Shown: positions 17,577 through 26,139, counted from the stretch's first letter. The stretch is 64,000 nucleotides of DNA from Clostridia bacterium (GCA_017381035.1 JAFOCW010000047.1:1065-65064), one strand, 5' to 3'. Numbers and translations: made by a program. Notes: a model not told the origin generated them from the letters alone.

Positions 17577-18473
17577 TTAGTCATTATATGATATTCTAAA
17601 ATAATCTAAATAGTTTTTAAACTTATCCTGTGCGGAAAGGCAGGTGTCGGTAAGATAGCCTTTTTCTTGATTCCATTCTTTAAGTCCTCGATAGTAGAAC
17701 ATTTTAATTTTGTCCTCAATAATAAAGGGAACTATACCGTGTTTTAAACATTCTTTAAACATAATGAGTCTGCCAACACGGCCGTTACCGTCTTGGAACG
17801 GGTGGATGCGTTCAAACTGCACGTGGAACTCGATTATATCTTCAAGTGTTACATTCTCTTTGCTATTATAATTAGCAATGAGTTTTTTCATTTCTGCCGA
17901 CACATCTTCGGGAAGAGTAGTTTCCATACCGCCGACTTCGTTAGGTAGTTTTTTATAATCGCCGACCGCAAACCAATCTTTTTTCGAATCGCTTGTACCG
18001 GTCTTAAGAATAAAATGCAAATGTTTTATAAACTTTTCGCTCAGTTGCGATTTCGCACTATCAATAATTTCATCAATACAACGGAAGTGAGTGGCGGTTT
18101 CAATAATATCGTCAACACGCACGCCTTCCTCGGTTAATCCGATGGTATTGGTTTCAAAGATATAGCGTGTCTGTTCGTGGGTGAGGCGACTACCTTCGAT
18201 GTGATTGGAGTTATAGGTCAGTTCAATCTGTATTTTGTGATAAATTCCACCATTGACCTGACCGCACTTTTCTTCTTTCAAAATATCAAGCAAAGTCTGC
18301 GGCGCAGGTTTACTTTTATTGCTTCTTTCGGGCTTCTCGGCGTTTTCGGGTATGTTCCATGTTTTACCTGTAATAAAAGCACCGGGAACACGTCCTGCGG
18401 CACAATAATTACGAACGCTACGCTCGGATGTATTCCAAATTAAAGCGACCTCTTTAACGGATAAATATCTCAT
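17577..18473 (-). CDS. Fic-family protein (putative AMPylase) with N-terminal excisionase/MerR-like HTH
   Basis: Canonical Fic motif HPFQDGNGRVGR (residues 224-235 from the MRYL start). Inhibitory-helix motif SNHIEG (89-94). N-terminal MRYLSVKEVALIWNTSERSVRNYCAAGRVPGA is HTH-like. Start moved to ATG 18473-18471 with a GGAGGT RBS. Confidence 0.88.
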   Translation of the reverse strand: MRYLSVKEVALIWNTSERSVRNYCAAGRVPGAFITGKTWNIPENAEKPERSNKSKPAPQTLLDILKEEKCGQVNGGIYHKIQIELTYNSNHIEGSRLTHEQTRYIFETNTIGLTEEGVRVDDIIETATHFRCIDEIIDSAKSQLSEKFIKHLHFILKTGTSDSKKDWFAVGDYKKLPNEVGGMETTLPEDVSAEMKKLIANYNSKENVTLEDIIEFHVQFERIHPFQDGNGRVGRLIMFKECLKHGIVPFIIEDKIKMFYYRGLKEWNQEKGYLTDTCLSAQDKFKNYLDYFRISYND

Positions 18474-18500
18474 ATACAGACCTCCGATTTTATTGTTAAT

Positions 18501-18529
18501 AGTATACCACAATATCGGCAAAATGTCAA
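18501..18529 (-). promoter_or_regulatory. putative promoter of the Fic gene (inside the cassette)
   Basis: On the minus strand: TTGACA (18529-18524), 17-nt spacer, TGG-TATACT extended -10 (18509-18501). Confidence 0.5.
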
Positions 18530-18587
18530 CGCGATTCGTTTGGTTGTATTACATATTTTTGCCGATAACGGCACTTTTATACAAAAC

Positions 18588-18616
18588 AAACCGACCAGCA
18601 GAATACTGATCGGTTT
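18588..18616 (-). terminator. hairpin inside the cassette that now lies downstream of asp23
   Basis: AAACCGACCAG / CTGATCGGTTT stem (10 bp, one mismatch), followed on the minus strand by GTTTTGT. Weaker than the native hairpin at 17422-17446. Confidence 0.4.
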
Positions 18617-18681
18617 ATGTTTGCACTCGTCTATTGTCTGATTTCATTAGATAATTAAGATGTCCTTATGACAACCTACAT

Positions 18682-18733
18682 TTCGGTGAGGTCTTTTTAG
18701 TTTAATTATTAGTCTTCGGTGTTTTCGGTAAGG
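18682..18733. repeat. 52-bp direct repeat, right copy (functional asp23 3' end)
   Basis: Identical to 17434-17485. Contains the last 7 sense codons (LTENTED) and the stop codon of the asp23-family ORF. Confidence 0.95.
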
Positions 18734-19056
18734 TCAATGGCGGCAACGTGAACGTTAACCTTTGTTACGGCATTGTTTGTCATGCTTTGAACCTTATCTT
18801 TAACGCCTGCCTGAACCGCTTCGGCAACCTGCTTTGCATTAACGTTTTTGCTTATGCAAATGTGAAGGTCGATAACTACTGCGCCGTTTTTGATTTCTGC
18901 AGAAACGGGCTTGAAAACAGATTTACCCGAAAAGGCTTTTTTAATGTCTACCTTTTTGGCCGCCATGGAACAAACGCCGCCAATTTCCAGCGCCGCCATT
19001 GCCGCCATGCTTTCGATTACATCTAAATTTATTGAAAGTCCGCTTGAAGTTGCCAA
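18709..19056 (-). CDS. Asp23/Gls24-family envelope stress protein
   Basis: Pattern SINLDVIESMAAMAALEIGGV...VVIDLHI...V.E.VQ..VK..V...T is typical of Asp23. Probable TTG start at 19056-19054, 7 nt after a GGAGGT RBS (19064-19069). The ORF-track ATG at 19101 lacks an RBS. Confidence 0.82.
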   Translation of the reverse strand: MATSSGLSINLDVIESMAAMAALEIGGVCSMAAKKVDIKKAFSGKSVFKPVSAEIKNGAVVIDLHICISKNVNAKQVAEAVQAGVKDKVQSMTNNAVTKVNVHVAAIDLTENTED

Positions 19057-19124
19057 AGTAATTACCTCCGTAGTCTTACTGTTGATTTTATTATACCACA
19101 AAAACTCAAAAGGTAAAGATTTTT

Positions 19125-19667
19125 TTATGAATTTTCATTTGAAGCAATAATTTTGATGTCGGCAGTGGTAAAATCGGTTTTAGATAAAACGGCATCCTGT
19201 ATCTGTAAGGTGGCGGCAGAGTCGGGCTCGGTATCTATTATTACGTTGACGTCTTTTTCGCCTATTACAACCACTGCATTTTTAAAGCCCTTGGCTTTAA
19301 GTACGGTTTCAATTGACGCTTCCTTTTCGGCCGTTTCGGTAAGGACGGTAATTTTATCTATAGCGCTCTTTTTTTCTTCGTCGGTTACGTCGGTTCGGTC
19401 AATTATTTCTTCCAAGGTGTCAATTGCATCTTGTCGTGTTTTGTTGCGCTCACTTCTTAAGGTTTTAAAATAGTCTTCTTCCGTATCTTTAACTTCAGAA
19501 CTCACTTCGGCATTGACGTACTCGGCCTGGCCAAGATATTTGGAAGACGTGTTTAAACTGTTTTCCTGCTCGGCAGAGTATTTCATATTAAGCCCCACAG
19601 CTGCGGCCAAAGCTACCACCATTATAGCAAGGGTTATTTGTGTTTTTCCTTTTTTAGCCTTTTTCAT
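19125..19667 (-). CDS. spoIIIAH: stage III sporulation protein AH
   Basis: Last gene of the eight-gene spoIIIA array. N-terminal TM, acidic linker and YscJ/FliF-like C-terminal region. Position and size fit. Confidence 0.8.
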   Translation of the reverse strand: MKKAKKGKTQITLAIMVVALAAAVGLNMKYSAEQENSLNTSSKYLGQAEYVNAEVSSEVKDTEEDYFKTLRSERNKTRQDAIDTLEEIIDRTDVTDEEKKSAIDKITVLTETAEKEASIETVLKAKGFKNAVVVIGEKDVNVIIDTEPDSAATLQIQDAVLSKTDFTTADIKIIASNENS

Positions 19668-20182
19668 TGTAAAGTTTTCCTCCCGATATATATTTTTCTT
19701 GATGGTATGTCAAGCGCCGCCGAAACGGCGTTTTTTATTTTTTCGGCATCCGTTTCATTTGCGGTGCAAATAATACTGACCCCCCTTACCTTCGGCATAT
19801 GCTTTGTAATAATAAGTGGGGTTTCGGCTCCGCTTTTATCTTTAACAATTATGTAGGTTTTTTCACTTTCTTCGCTTGATTTGTTTTGCTCTTCAGCCCC
19901 TTTTTGTTTGGTTTCGTTAGCATATTCGTAAACAACAGATGAATCGAGCGTTACCATAACAACGGGGGAGGCGTCCAGGCAAATACCGTAGACGGTGTTT
20001 TTAATGCTTTCTTCCACCATACTGCAGTATTCCGTTTCGGAAAATTCGGCACTCTGCACGGGTGCTTCTTCCCCTTTACTTGCACCGAAAACCAAAATAA
20101 GCGCAATCAGAACAATACCCACAACAAGAATGACCTTTGAAGTTTTTTTATTGCTTAAAAGCTTTGTTATTCTTTCTTTCAT
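19664..20182 (-). CDS. spoIIIAG: stage III sporulation protein AG
   Basis: N-terminal TM, C-terminal beta-rich ring domain (PKVRGVSIIC...). Overlaps AF and AH by 4 nt each. Confidence 0.8.
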   Translation of the reverse strand: MKERITKLLSNKKTSKVILVVGIVLIALILVFGASKGEEAPVQSAEFSETEYCSMVEESIKNTVYGICLDASPVVMVTLDSSVVYEYANETKQKGAEEQNKSSEESEKTYIIVKDKSGAETPLIITKHMPKVRGVSIICTANETDAEKIKNAVSAALDIPSRKIYIGRKTLQ

Positions 20183-20604
20183 TCTGCCACCCTTATTTCA
20201 CAGTCTATGCCCTTATCTGTTAGCGCATTTATTATCTCTTGTTTACTGTCGGGACAGTAAATTTCTATCTCATTAATTACTATGCTGCCGTCATCGCTTT
20301 TAGTAGCCTTTGCAGTAATTTCGGTGGGGTAGATGCCCTTTTCGTTTAAAATTTCGGTTACTATAAGCTCGGCTTGTTTACAATAAAGACCGTCGGCAGA
20401 ATAGGTCTTGTCGGTTTGTGCAGGCGATGGGGCAAAAAACTTAAAATCGCCCTTTACCGCTACCGACAAGACCGAACAAATTAGCCCTAATGACAGAATG
20501 TATTTAAGGCTTGAACCCAGTTTTTGGGTTCCGAAAAGACTAAAGGCTGCGGTTACAATTGCCGCAGCCGAAAAGGCAAGGGCAATTTCTTTAATGGAAT
20601 TCAT
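20179..20604 (-). CDS. spoIIIAF: stage III sporulation protein AF
   Basis: Two N-terminal TM helices plus a small C-terminal domain. Operon position between AE and AG. Confidence 0.75.
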   Translation of the reverse strand: MNSIKEIALAFSAAAIVTAAFSLFGTQKLGSSLKYILSLGLICSVLSVAVKGDFKFFAPSPAQTDKTYSADGLYCKQAELIVTEILNEKGIYPTEITAKATKSDDGSIVINEIEIYCPDSKQEIINALTDKGIDCEIRVAE

Positions 20605-21705
20605 TTATACCCCTCCCGCTATAATGCCAAGTGAAATTATAAATAGGGCGCCCACAAAAAGCATAACCCCTATGAGCACCGCCAAAACCGAATCGGCGGC
20701 CGAGAGTATATCGGTTTTAATGCCTACCCCCAAAAGCTCCGACGCAATGCCGAGCGCCATAAGAATAAGCCGCCAAATCAGGAGTTCTATGACTACCGGC
20801 AAAACTATTGCCGCAATTGCCACCACCGCAAACATTCCGACCGAACTTTTTAAAAGCCCTAAAGAGCCTATCAGCGTGCCGAGAGTTTCCGAAAGGGCGC
20901 CGCCTGCGACGGGAATAAAAGAGCCTATCATAAACTTGGCCGTTTTAAGCCCCAAATTATCGGCGGCGTTGTTTACGGTTGTCTGAATAGATAATAGCCC
21001 TAAAAACAGGGTAAGAGTTAAGGAAAGAATCCAGACAGCCGCCTTTTTAATTCCTTCGCCAAGGCGGTTGGTAGCGCCGTTCGGCATAACACTGCTTGCC
21101 ACGGCAACCCCTAAATAGCAACTCATTAAGGGAACTATTACGAAGGAAGAAAGACTACCCACAATTCCCACCGCAAAAAGCAAAAGAAAGCTCATTCCCG
21201 AAGCCGTTGCCGCTTTGCCCGAAAGGGCCAGAATTCCTGCATATACGGGCACGAAGCCGTCCATTAAAACACCAATTCCCTTAACCGCCGCCGCGGCGCT
21301 TTCTATTAGCGAAAACATTGGAAGCAGTACCGCCGAAACCGAGCCCAAGGTGAAAACGTAGGATGCCACCGTACTGAAGGGGGCAAAGCCTTCGAAGGTG
21401 TTTGCCGCGGCAATAAGAAGCATTGCCGAAAGCATTATACCGCCGCATTTAAGGGGCGTTTTGGCGCCCGTTTTTACAAAATCCCATATCTGCGAAAAAA
21501 CGCTTTCGGGGGTTAGCGAATTAACCCAATCGGCGTTTTGTATATCTATTTCGAAGTCTTCAATAACCCTTTCGGCCGCTTCGGGTAAAAGGTCATAAAG
21601 CTCGTCTGCCCCACTTTCTTCGTAAAAATCTCCGTATAGACCTTCGGCCGAAACGGGCAAGGTGAAAACAAGCATAAATATAGTTAAAAAAAGTATTTTT
21701 TTCAT
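20605..21705 (-). CDS. spoIIIAE: stage III sporulation protein AE
   Basis: Signal peptide plus a polytopic membrane protein of 366 aa, Gly/Ala-rich TM segments, operon position. Confidence 0.85.
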   Translation of the reverse strand: MKKILFLTIFMLVFTLPVSAEGLYGDFYEESGADELYDLLPEAAERVIEDFEIDIQNADWVNSLTPESVFSQIWDFVKTGAKTPLKCGGIMLSAMLLIAAANTFEGFAPFSTVASYVFTLGSVSAVLLPMFSLIESAAAAVKGIGVLMDGFVPVYAGILALSGKAATASGMSFLLLFAVGIVGSLSSFVIVPLMSCYLGVAVASSVMPNGATNRLGEGIKKAAVWILSLTLTLFLGLLSIQTTVNNAADNLGLKTAKFMIGSFIPVAGGALSETLGTLIGSLGLLKSSVGMFAVVAIAAIVLPVVIELLIWRLILMALGIASELLGVGIKTDILSAADSVLAVLIGVMLFVGALFIISLGIIAGGV

Positions 21706-21706
21706 T

Positions 21707-22090
21707 TTATTTTATAAAACCGTAGGCCGTATCTATAAGCGACGAAAGCAGTGGCACCGACAGTATAAATATGGCGCATCTGCCTGCGAGTTCGGCCTTT
21801 GAAGCAAGCGATATTTGTCCTGCTTGCCTGCAGGCATCCGAAATAAAGCCGGTTATAACGCATATTCCAAGCGATTTCAGCGCCAAAAGAAAATAGGCCG
21901 ATGCCGAATATTTTGATACGGCATTTCTGATATCAAGCAGATTATCGTAAATTTCGCTTATAAGCAGTATTAAGACGGCCGCACCTGCCAGCACCGATAC
22001 TATAAGAGAGTATTCGCCGCTGTAGTTTTTAAGAAGTATAGATACCGTGGCCGCAACAATGCATATTCCCAGAATTTGAACAAGGTTCAT
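21707..22090 (-). CDS. spoIIIAD: stage III sporulation protein AD
   Basis: 127-aa four-TM protein, operon position. Confidence 0.8.
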   Translation of the reverse strand: MNLVQILGICIVAATVSILLKNYSGEYSLIVSVLAGAAVLILLISEIYDNLLDIRNAVSKYSASAYFLLALKSLGICVITGFISDACRQAGQISLASKAELAGRCAIFILSVPLLSSLIDTAYGFIK

Positions 22091-22281
22091 AGGCCGAACA
22101 CCGATTTAACGGTTGAAAACAGGTCGGCTATAACCCCTACAACCATTAAAAGCACAACCACAAGACCGGTGAGTGTCATAAGCATTGCCTGGTCTTCCCT
22201 GCCCGAGCGCACAAGCACCTGATTAAGCACCGCAATAATTATGCCAATGGCCGCAACCCTGAATATTAAATCGACATCCAA
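22087..22281 (-). CDS. spoIIIAC: stage III sporulation protein AC
   Basis: 64-aa two-TM protein (...LVRSGREDQA...), operon position. Confidence 0.8.
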   Translation of the reverse strand: MDVDLIFRVAAIGIIIAVLNQVLVRSGREDQAMLMTLTGLVVVLLMVVGVIADLFSTVKSVFGL

Positions 22282-22294
22282 AATTCATAACCTC

Positions 22295-22738
22295 CTATAT
22301 CAGCACAATGCTTATAAGCATTCCTAAAAAAACACCGAGTTTCCTATAAAGTGCGGCCTTTTCTTTGGTTTTCGCTTCGGCCTTTATGTACTCTTTTTTG
22401 AAAAGTTCCAAATAGGTTTCACACCTTTTAAGCTCGGCCTGCGTGTCCCCCATTCCAAGTCCGTTTAAAAAGGAAGTTGCAAGGGTTATATCGCCGTTTT
22501 CAAGGTTTTCGGGCGCAATAGAAAAGATAAGACCTTCTTTATAAATTCCTGCTTTCTTGCCACATTCTTCAACAATTTGTCCCATTTCGTGAGAAAGCCT
22601 TATTCTGTCGGCGGCGGTTTCAATAAAAAAACAAATTTCCAGCAATTTTTTCTGCCTGAGTGTAAGTAAATTAGCTTTATAAAACCCAAAAAAGCAGGAT
22701 GCGGCGAATAAAAGCGCTATTCCTAAAAACCTAATCAC
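22295..22738 (-). CDS. spoIIIAB: stage III sporulation protein AB
   Basis: N-terminal TM plus a GspF-like helical domain. Likely GTG start at 22738-22736 behind a GAGGTG RBS, overlapping the spoIIIAA stop by 8 nt. Confidence 0.78.
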   Translation of the reverse strand: MIRFLGIALLFAASCFFGFYKANLLTLRQKKLLEICFFIETAADRIRLSHEMGQIVEECGKKAGIYKEGLIFSIAPENLENGDITLATSFLNGLGMGDTQAELKRCETYLELFKKEYIKAEAKTKEKAALYRKLGVFLGMLISIVLI

Positions 22739-23627
22739 AACACAGCACCTCACGGGGTGTAAGCACGGTTATTTCGCCGCCGACCTTACCGCCGATTATT
22801 GCAATTTTTCCTATGCTTCCGTCAAGCAAAGCCTTGGTTACCGCCCTTGATTTTATTTCGGTAACGTTTGATGCGTGGGCGGTGGTAAGTATTTTAACCC
22901 CCGAAAAAAAGCTTTCACTTATAAGGGACAGTTCCTTGCCGTTTCCCACTTCGTCGAAGGCTATGTACTGCGGATTTAAGGTGCGAAGCGCCATTTCACA
23001 TCCCTGCGCTTTGGTTGTTCCCGAAATAATATCGGTATTAGGCCCCGTATCAAGAAGGCCGTTTGCCGAAATTTCGCCCCTTGTATCTATAACGGCAACA
23101 CGGTTGCCGTCATTTGACAAAAGGCGCACAAGGTCGCGAAGCAGGGTTGTTTTTCCGCTTCCTGCAGGGCCGACAATTAAAAGACCGTTTTCGGTTTCGG
23201 GCACAAGGCTCTTAGCGCAATCCTTTACTTCACGTGCTATTCTTATGTTTACGGAAGTTGCCCGTTTAAGCTTGCCGCCGCTGAACACACCCGAAACGCC
23301 TGCACGGTTGCCGTATTTCATTGAAAGGTAGCCGTCGTAAAGCTCCTGCTCCCTTGCGTAAAGGGAACTGCCGGTTATTCTTCTTACCGTTTCGTTAATT
23401 TCACTATCGGTTACAATAAGCGGATGGCTTGGCATATAGCTGCAGGCTAACCCGTCTTCAGATATATAAAAAGACGTTGGTCCCGTTACACACAGCGGTC
23501 TTCCTTCCCTTAACCTTATTTCAAAGGCGGAGTTTTTTACACATAGGGGTAAAGCATCAATTAAGCCTTGTATTCTTTCGGGAAGTGCATACATTACGGT
23601 ATTGGTGCCGGTTTTAGTTTCTTGCAT
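22731..23627 (-). CDS. spoIIIAA: stage III sporulation protein AA (secretion-type ATPase)
   Basis: Walker A GPAGSGKTT and Walker B-like IAFDEV. First gene of the operon. Start at ATG 23627-23625 behind an AGGTGA RBS. Confidence 0.88.
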   Translation of the reverse strand: MQETKTGTNTVMYALPERIQGLIDALPLCVKNSAFEIRLREGRPLCVTGPTSFYISEDGLACSYMPSHPLIVTDSEINETVRRITGSSLYAREQELYDGYLSMKYGNRAGVSGVFSGGKLKRATSVNIRIAREVKDCAKSLVPETENGLLIVGPAGSGKTTLLRDLVRLLSNDGNRVAVIDTRGEISANGLLDTGPNTDIISGTTKAQGCEMALRTLNPQYIAFDEVGNGKELSLISESFFSGVKILTTAHASNVTEIKSRAVTKALLDGSIGKIAIIGGKVGGEITVLTPREVLCCD

Positions 23628-23675
23628 TTTTATCACCTAAAACATACTATGTACAGGCCCCGAATTTTATTACAT

Positions 23676-23707
23676 AAAAAAGCCGTACCTTATGGTACGG
23701 CTTTTTA
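23676..23707 (-). terminator. intrinsic terminator after mscL
   Basis: AGCCGTACC-TTAT-GGTACGGCT (23681-23702) with a flanking A5 run and T-run. Confidence 0.75.
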
Positions 23708-23714
23708 CTATTAA

Positions 23715-24308
23715 TTATTTATCTTTAAGAATATCACGGATTTGCTTTAAAAGCTCTTCGGTGGTGGGGTTGGCTTCACGTTCGAGCCTTTCTTTTTCTT
23801 CTTCCTCGGCCTTGATTCTGTCGGCTTCGGCCTGCTTTGCCTTGAAGTAAGCGTCTACCGCTTCTTTATCTTTAAGGCTTATTCCCTGCTTTTTCATAGC
23901 CTTTTTGTCTTCGCCGCTGATAATGCCCTCAAGAAGCTTTGCGGTAACGGCCTTTTGCTTATCGGTAAAGGCGTTTATAGCCTTAACAACACAGAAAAGA
24001 ACAAAAGCAATTACAAAGAAATTAATAACGGCATTAATAAATGCGCCCCAGTCTATGTAAATTGAATTTGCAAGGTCAATTGTGCCGTCTTCAAGACGTG
24101 CAGGGGCACCAAGGAAGGTGAAACATTCAGATAAGGTTTCGGCCCCGATAATAACAGATATTAACCAGTTGATAAAGGGTTTGATAATATTGGTGGAAAC
24201 TGCGGTTACAATTGCGGTGAACGCACTACCTACGGTAACGCCGACGGCCATGTCTATAACATTGCCACGGGTTATAAATACCTTAAATTCTTCAAAAAAT
24301 TTCTTCAT
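23715..24308 (-). CDS. mscL: large-conductance mechanosensitive channel with extended charged C-terminal tail
   Basis: N-terminus MKKFFEEFKVFITRGNVIDMAVGVTVGSAF is the MscL signature. 197 aa, i.e. longer than the usual ~130-150 aa. Confidence 0.9.
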   Translation of the reverse strand: MKKFFEEFKVFITRGNVIDMAVGVTVGSAFTAIVTAVSTNIIKPFINWLISVIIGAETLSECFTFLGAPARLEDGTIDLANSIYIDWGAFINAVINFFVIAFVLFCVVKAINAFTDKQKAVTAKLLEGIISGEDKKAMKKQGISLKDKEAVDAYFKAKQAEADRIKAEEEEKERLEREANPTTEELLKQIRDILKDK

Positions 24309-24368
24309 ACTGTATACCTCCTACTTTTTTGACATTATACTGAAAATTTCATTAAAAGTCAACCGGGT

Positions 24369-24947
24369 TTAGCCTTCCTTAAGGTCTTTAACCGTGCGGA
24401 CCTTTTGGGGACCTTCAAGATAAGCGAAAAGCTCGTCTAAATTATCGGTTACCTTATATAAACTAAGGCAGCTTTTTCTTATGAATTTCTTTTCTACGGC
24501 TACTTCCATCATAACGGAAAGCTCGCTATAGTAATTATTTACGTTAAAAAGAACTATTGGTTTATTGTGGCGGCAAAGCTGTTTTGAAGTTAAAATTTCA
24601 AAAAATTCTTCGAATGTGCCAACACCGCCGGGGGCAACTATGAACGCATCGGCATTATCTTCCATAATTTGCTTGCGTTCACGCATGGTTTTGGTTTCAA
24701 TAAGTTCATTACATTCTTCGAAAACGCCTTCTATTTTTTCGTCGTCGAAGAAGCTTGGAATAACCCCCAGAATATGGCCATCGCCTTTTTTAACTCCCCT
24801 GGCTGCCGCGCCCATAAGTCCGTTTGCGCCGCCGCCGAAAACAAGTGAATGGCCTCGGGACGACATTTTTTCGCCTAATTCTTCTACCCTTTTGATATAT
24901 TCTTCATCAATTGAGAAGGATGCTGCGCCATATACACAAATTCTCAT
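24369..24947 (-). CDS. LOG-family (TIGR00730) nucleotide phosphoribohydrolase
   Basis: Motifs GGGANGLMG and PGGVGTFEE, 192 aa. Confidence 0.85.
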   Translation of the reverse strand: MRICVYGAASFSIDEEYIKRVEELGEKMSSRGHSLVFGGGANGLMGAAARGVKKGDGHILGVIPSFFDDEKIEGVFEECNELIETKTMRERKQIMEDNADAFIVAPGGVGTFEEFFEILTSKQLCRHNKPIVLFNVNNYYSELSVMMEVAVEKKFIRKSCLSLYKVTDNLDELFAYLEGPQKVRTVKDLKEG

Positions 24948-25022
24948 ATAATCACCTCAAATAAGTTCTAGAATAATTATATAACATTTAGCAACATTTT
25001 ATCAATAAAAAAATAGAACCGC

Positions 25023-25053
25023 AAAAACGCCCACGCCCGAACGGGTGTGGGCG
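25023..25053 (-). terminator. intrinsic terminator after the aldolase-like gene
   Basis: 11-bp GC-rich stem (25028-25038 with 25043-25053, one G-U pair), followed on the minus strand by TTTTTGC. Confidence 0.65.
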
Positions 25054-25076
25054 AACAAGTTTTACGGTTTTGGCAT

Positions 25077-26054
25077 TTAGTGTGTGTCGAGCAAGCTTTT
25101 ATAGAACTCGGAATAATCTTTGCGTTCGGCATTGGTAAATTCAATTGCAGTACGGGGATGCTGATTTAAAAGGCCTGTGAACATATACTGCAAATCGTAG
25201 CCCCAATGAACCCCTTGCTCTTTAAGTGCAGGCATATGCTTTTCGATGAACTTAAGCAGATGGTAAATATTATATTTCGGGTTTTTAAGGAAGCCTACAA
25301 GAAGCTCTATTGCACAGTTGCCTGCGCCACGGCCGATGCCCTGCATTGTGGCGTCCATATAAGAAAGACCGTAAGACATTGTTTCAATTGTGTTTGCGAA
25401 GGCAAGGTTTTGGTTGTTGTGGGCGTGGAAGCCGATTTGCTTGCCCGTGCCTTCAACTGCGGCAATGTATTTTTGTGCAAGCTCCGATGCGTTTTCGGGG
25501 TAAAGCGAGCCGTAGCTATCTACAAGGTAGATAACGTCTACGCTGGACTTTGCAAGAACATCGAGCGCCTGCATAAGCTGTTCGGTGTTGGCCTGAGATA
25601 CCGCCATAATGTTGCAGGCGGTTTCGTAGCCAAGCTCGTGAAAATATTCTACCATTTCAATAGCGGCGGGTATTTGATGAATATAGCAGGCTACCCTTAC
25701 CATATCTATAACGCTTTCGCTTTTCTTTACGAAGTCGGTTTTAAAATCGCATCGGCCAACGTCTGCCATAACCGAAATTTTCATATCGGAAAGGTTGTCG
25801 CCAACAATGCTTCTTATATCTTCTTCGGCGCAAAACTTCCATTTGCCGAACTCTTCTTCGCTGAACATAGATTTGCTTGCCTTGTAGCCGAACTCCATAT
25901 AATCTACGCCTGCGCGTACGTTTGCTCTATATAAATCGGAAACGAATTCGTCTGTAAAATGAAAATTGTTACACAGTCCGCCGTCGCGGATGGTGGCGTC
26001 AAGAACCTTTATGTCCTGACGAACCGACATTAAATTACCTTTTCTTTGTGCCAT
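25077..26054 (-). CDS. HMGL-like / DRE-TIM aldolase-family protein (pyruvate carboxyltransferase domain)
   Basis: N-terminal LDATIRDGG motif and metal-binding HAHNN motif of the HMGL-like fold, 325 aa. Substrate cannot be assigned from sequence. Confidence 0.7.
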   Translation of the reverse strand: MAQRKGNLMSVRQDIKVLDATIRDGGLCNNFHFTDEFVSDLYRANVRAGVDYMEFGYKASKSMFSEEEFGKWKFCAEEDIRSIVGDNLSDMKISVMADVGRCDFKTDFVKKSESVIDMVRVACYIHQIPAAIEMVEYFHELGYETACNIMAVSQANTEQLMQALDVLAKSSVDVIYLVDSYGSLYPENASELAQKYIAAVEGTGKQIGFHAHNNQNLAFANTIETMSYGLSYMDATMQGIGRGAGNCAIELLVGFLKNPKYNIYHLLKFIEKHMPALKEQGVHWGYDLQYMFTGLLNQHPRTAIEFTNAERKDYSEFYKSLLDTH

Positions 26055-26139
26055 TTTGGATGCTCCTGTTTCTTTGCCGTTTTACTTTCGCCATTTAAAG
26101 CGCTAAATAATTATATCAACAGTTTTTATTTTTGTCAAG

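Larger units (their letters stand above)
17434..18733. mobile_element. putative inserted single-gene cassette (HTH-Fic) delimited by 52-bp direct repeats
   Basis: Perfect direct repeats flank 1,196 bp that carry a promoter, one ORF and a terminator-like hairpin. The repeat duplicates the asp23 stop region. There is no recombinase gene and no terminal inverted repeats. Confidence 0.5.

Noticed and set aside
23628-23680. SigE-type promoter upstream of spoIIIAA (CATAGTAT as -10); a similar CATATATA lies upstream of spoIIP at about 59365-59395
   Set aside because: The -10-like elements resemble CATACA-T. The -35 matches (ATAAAA/ATAATT) and the spacings are ambiguous in this AT-rich DNA. The assignment is plausible from biology but not demonstrable from sequence alone.
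25206-25934. Long antisense ORFs inside well-supported genes (this 242-aa one, plus 6142-6768, 7970-8464, 15220-15762, 20408-20986, 22813-23331, 33374-33961 and others in the track)
   Set aside because: All lie fully inside, and antisense to, ORFs with clear family motifs. They lack RBSs and have Cys/Phe/Arg- or Ser/Pro-rich compositions typical of shadow frames.
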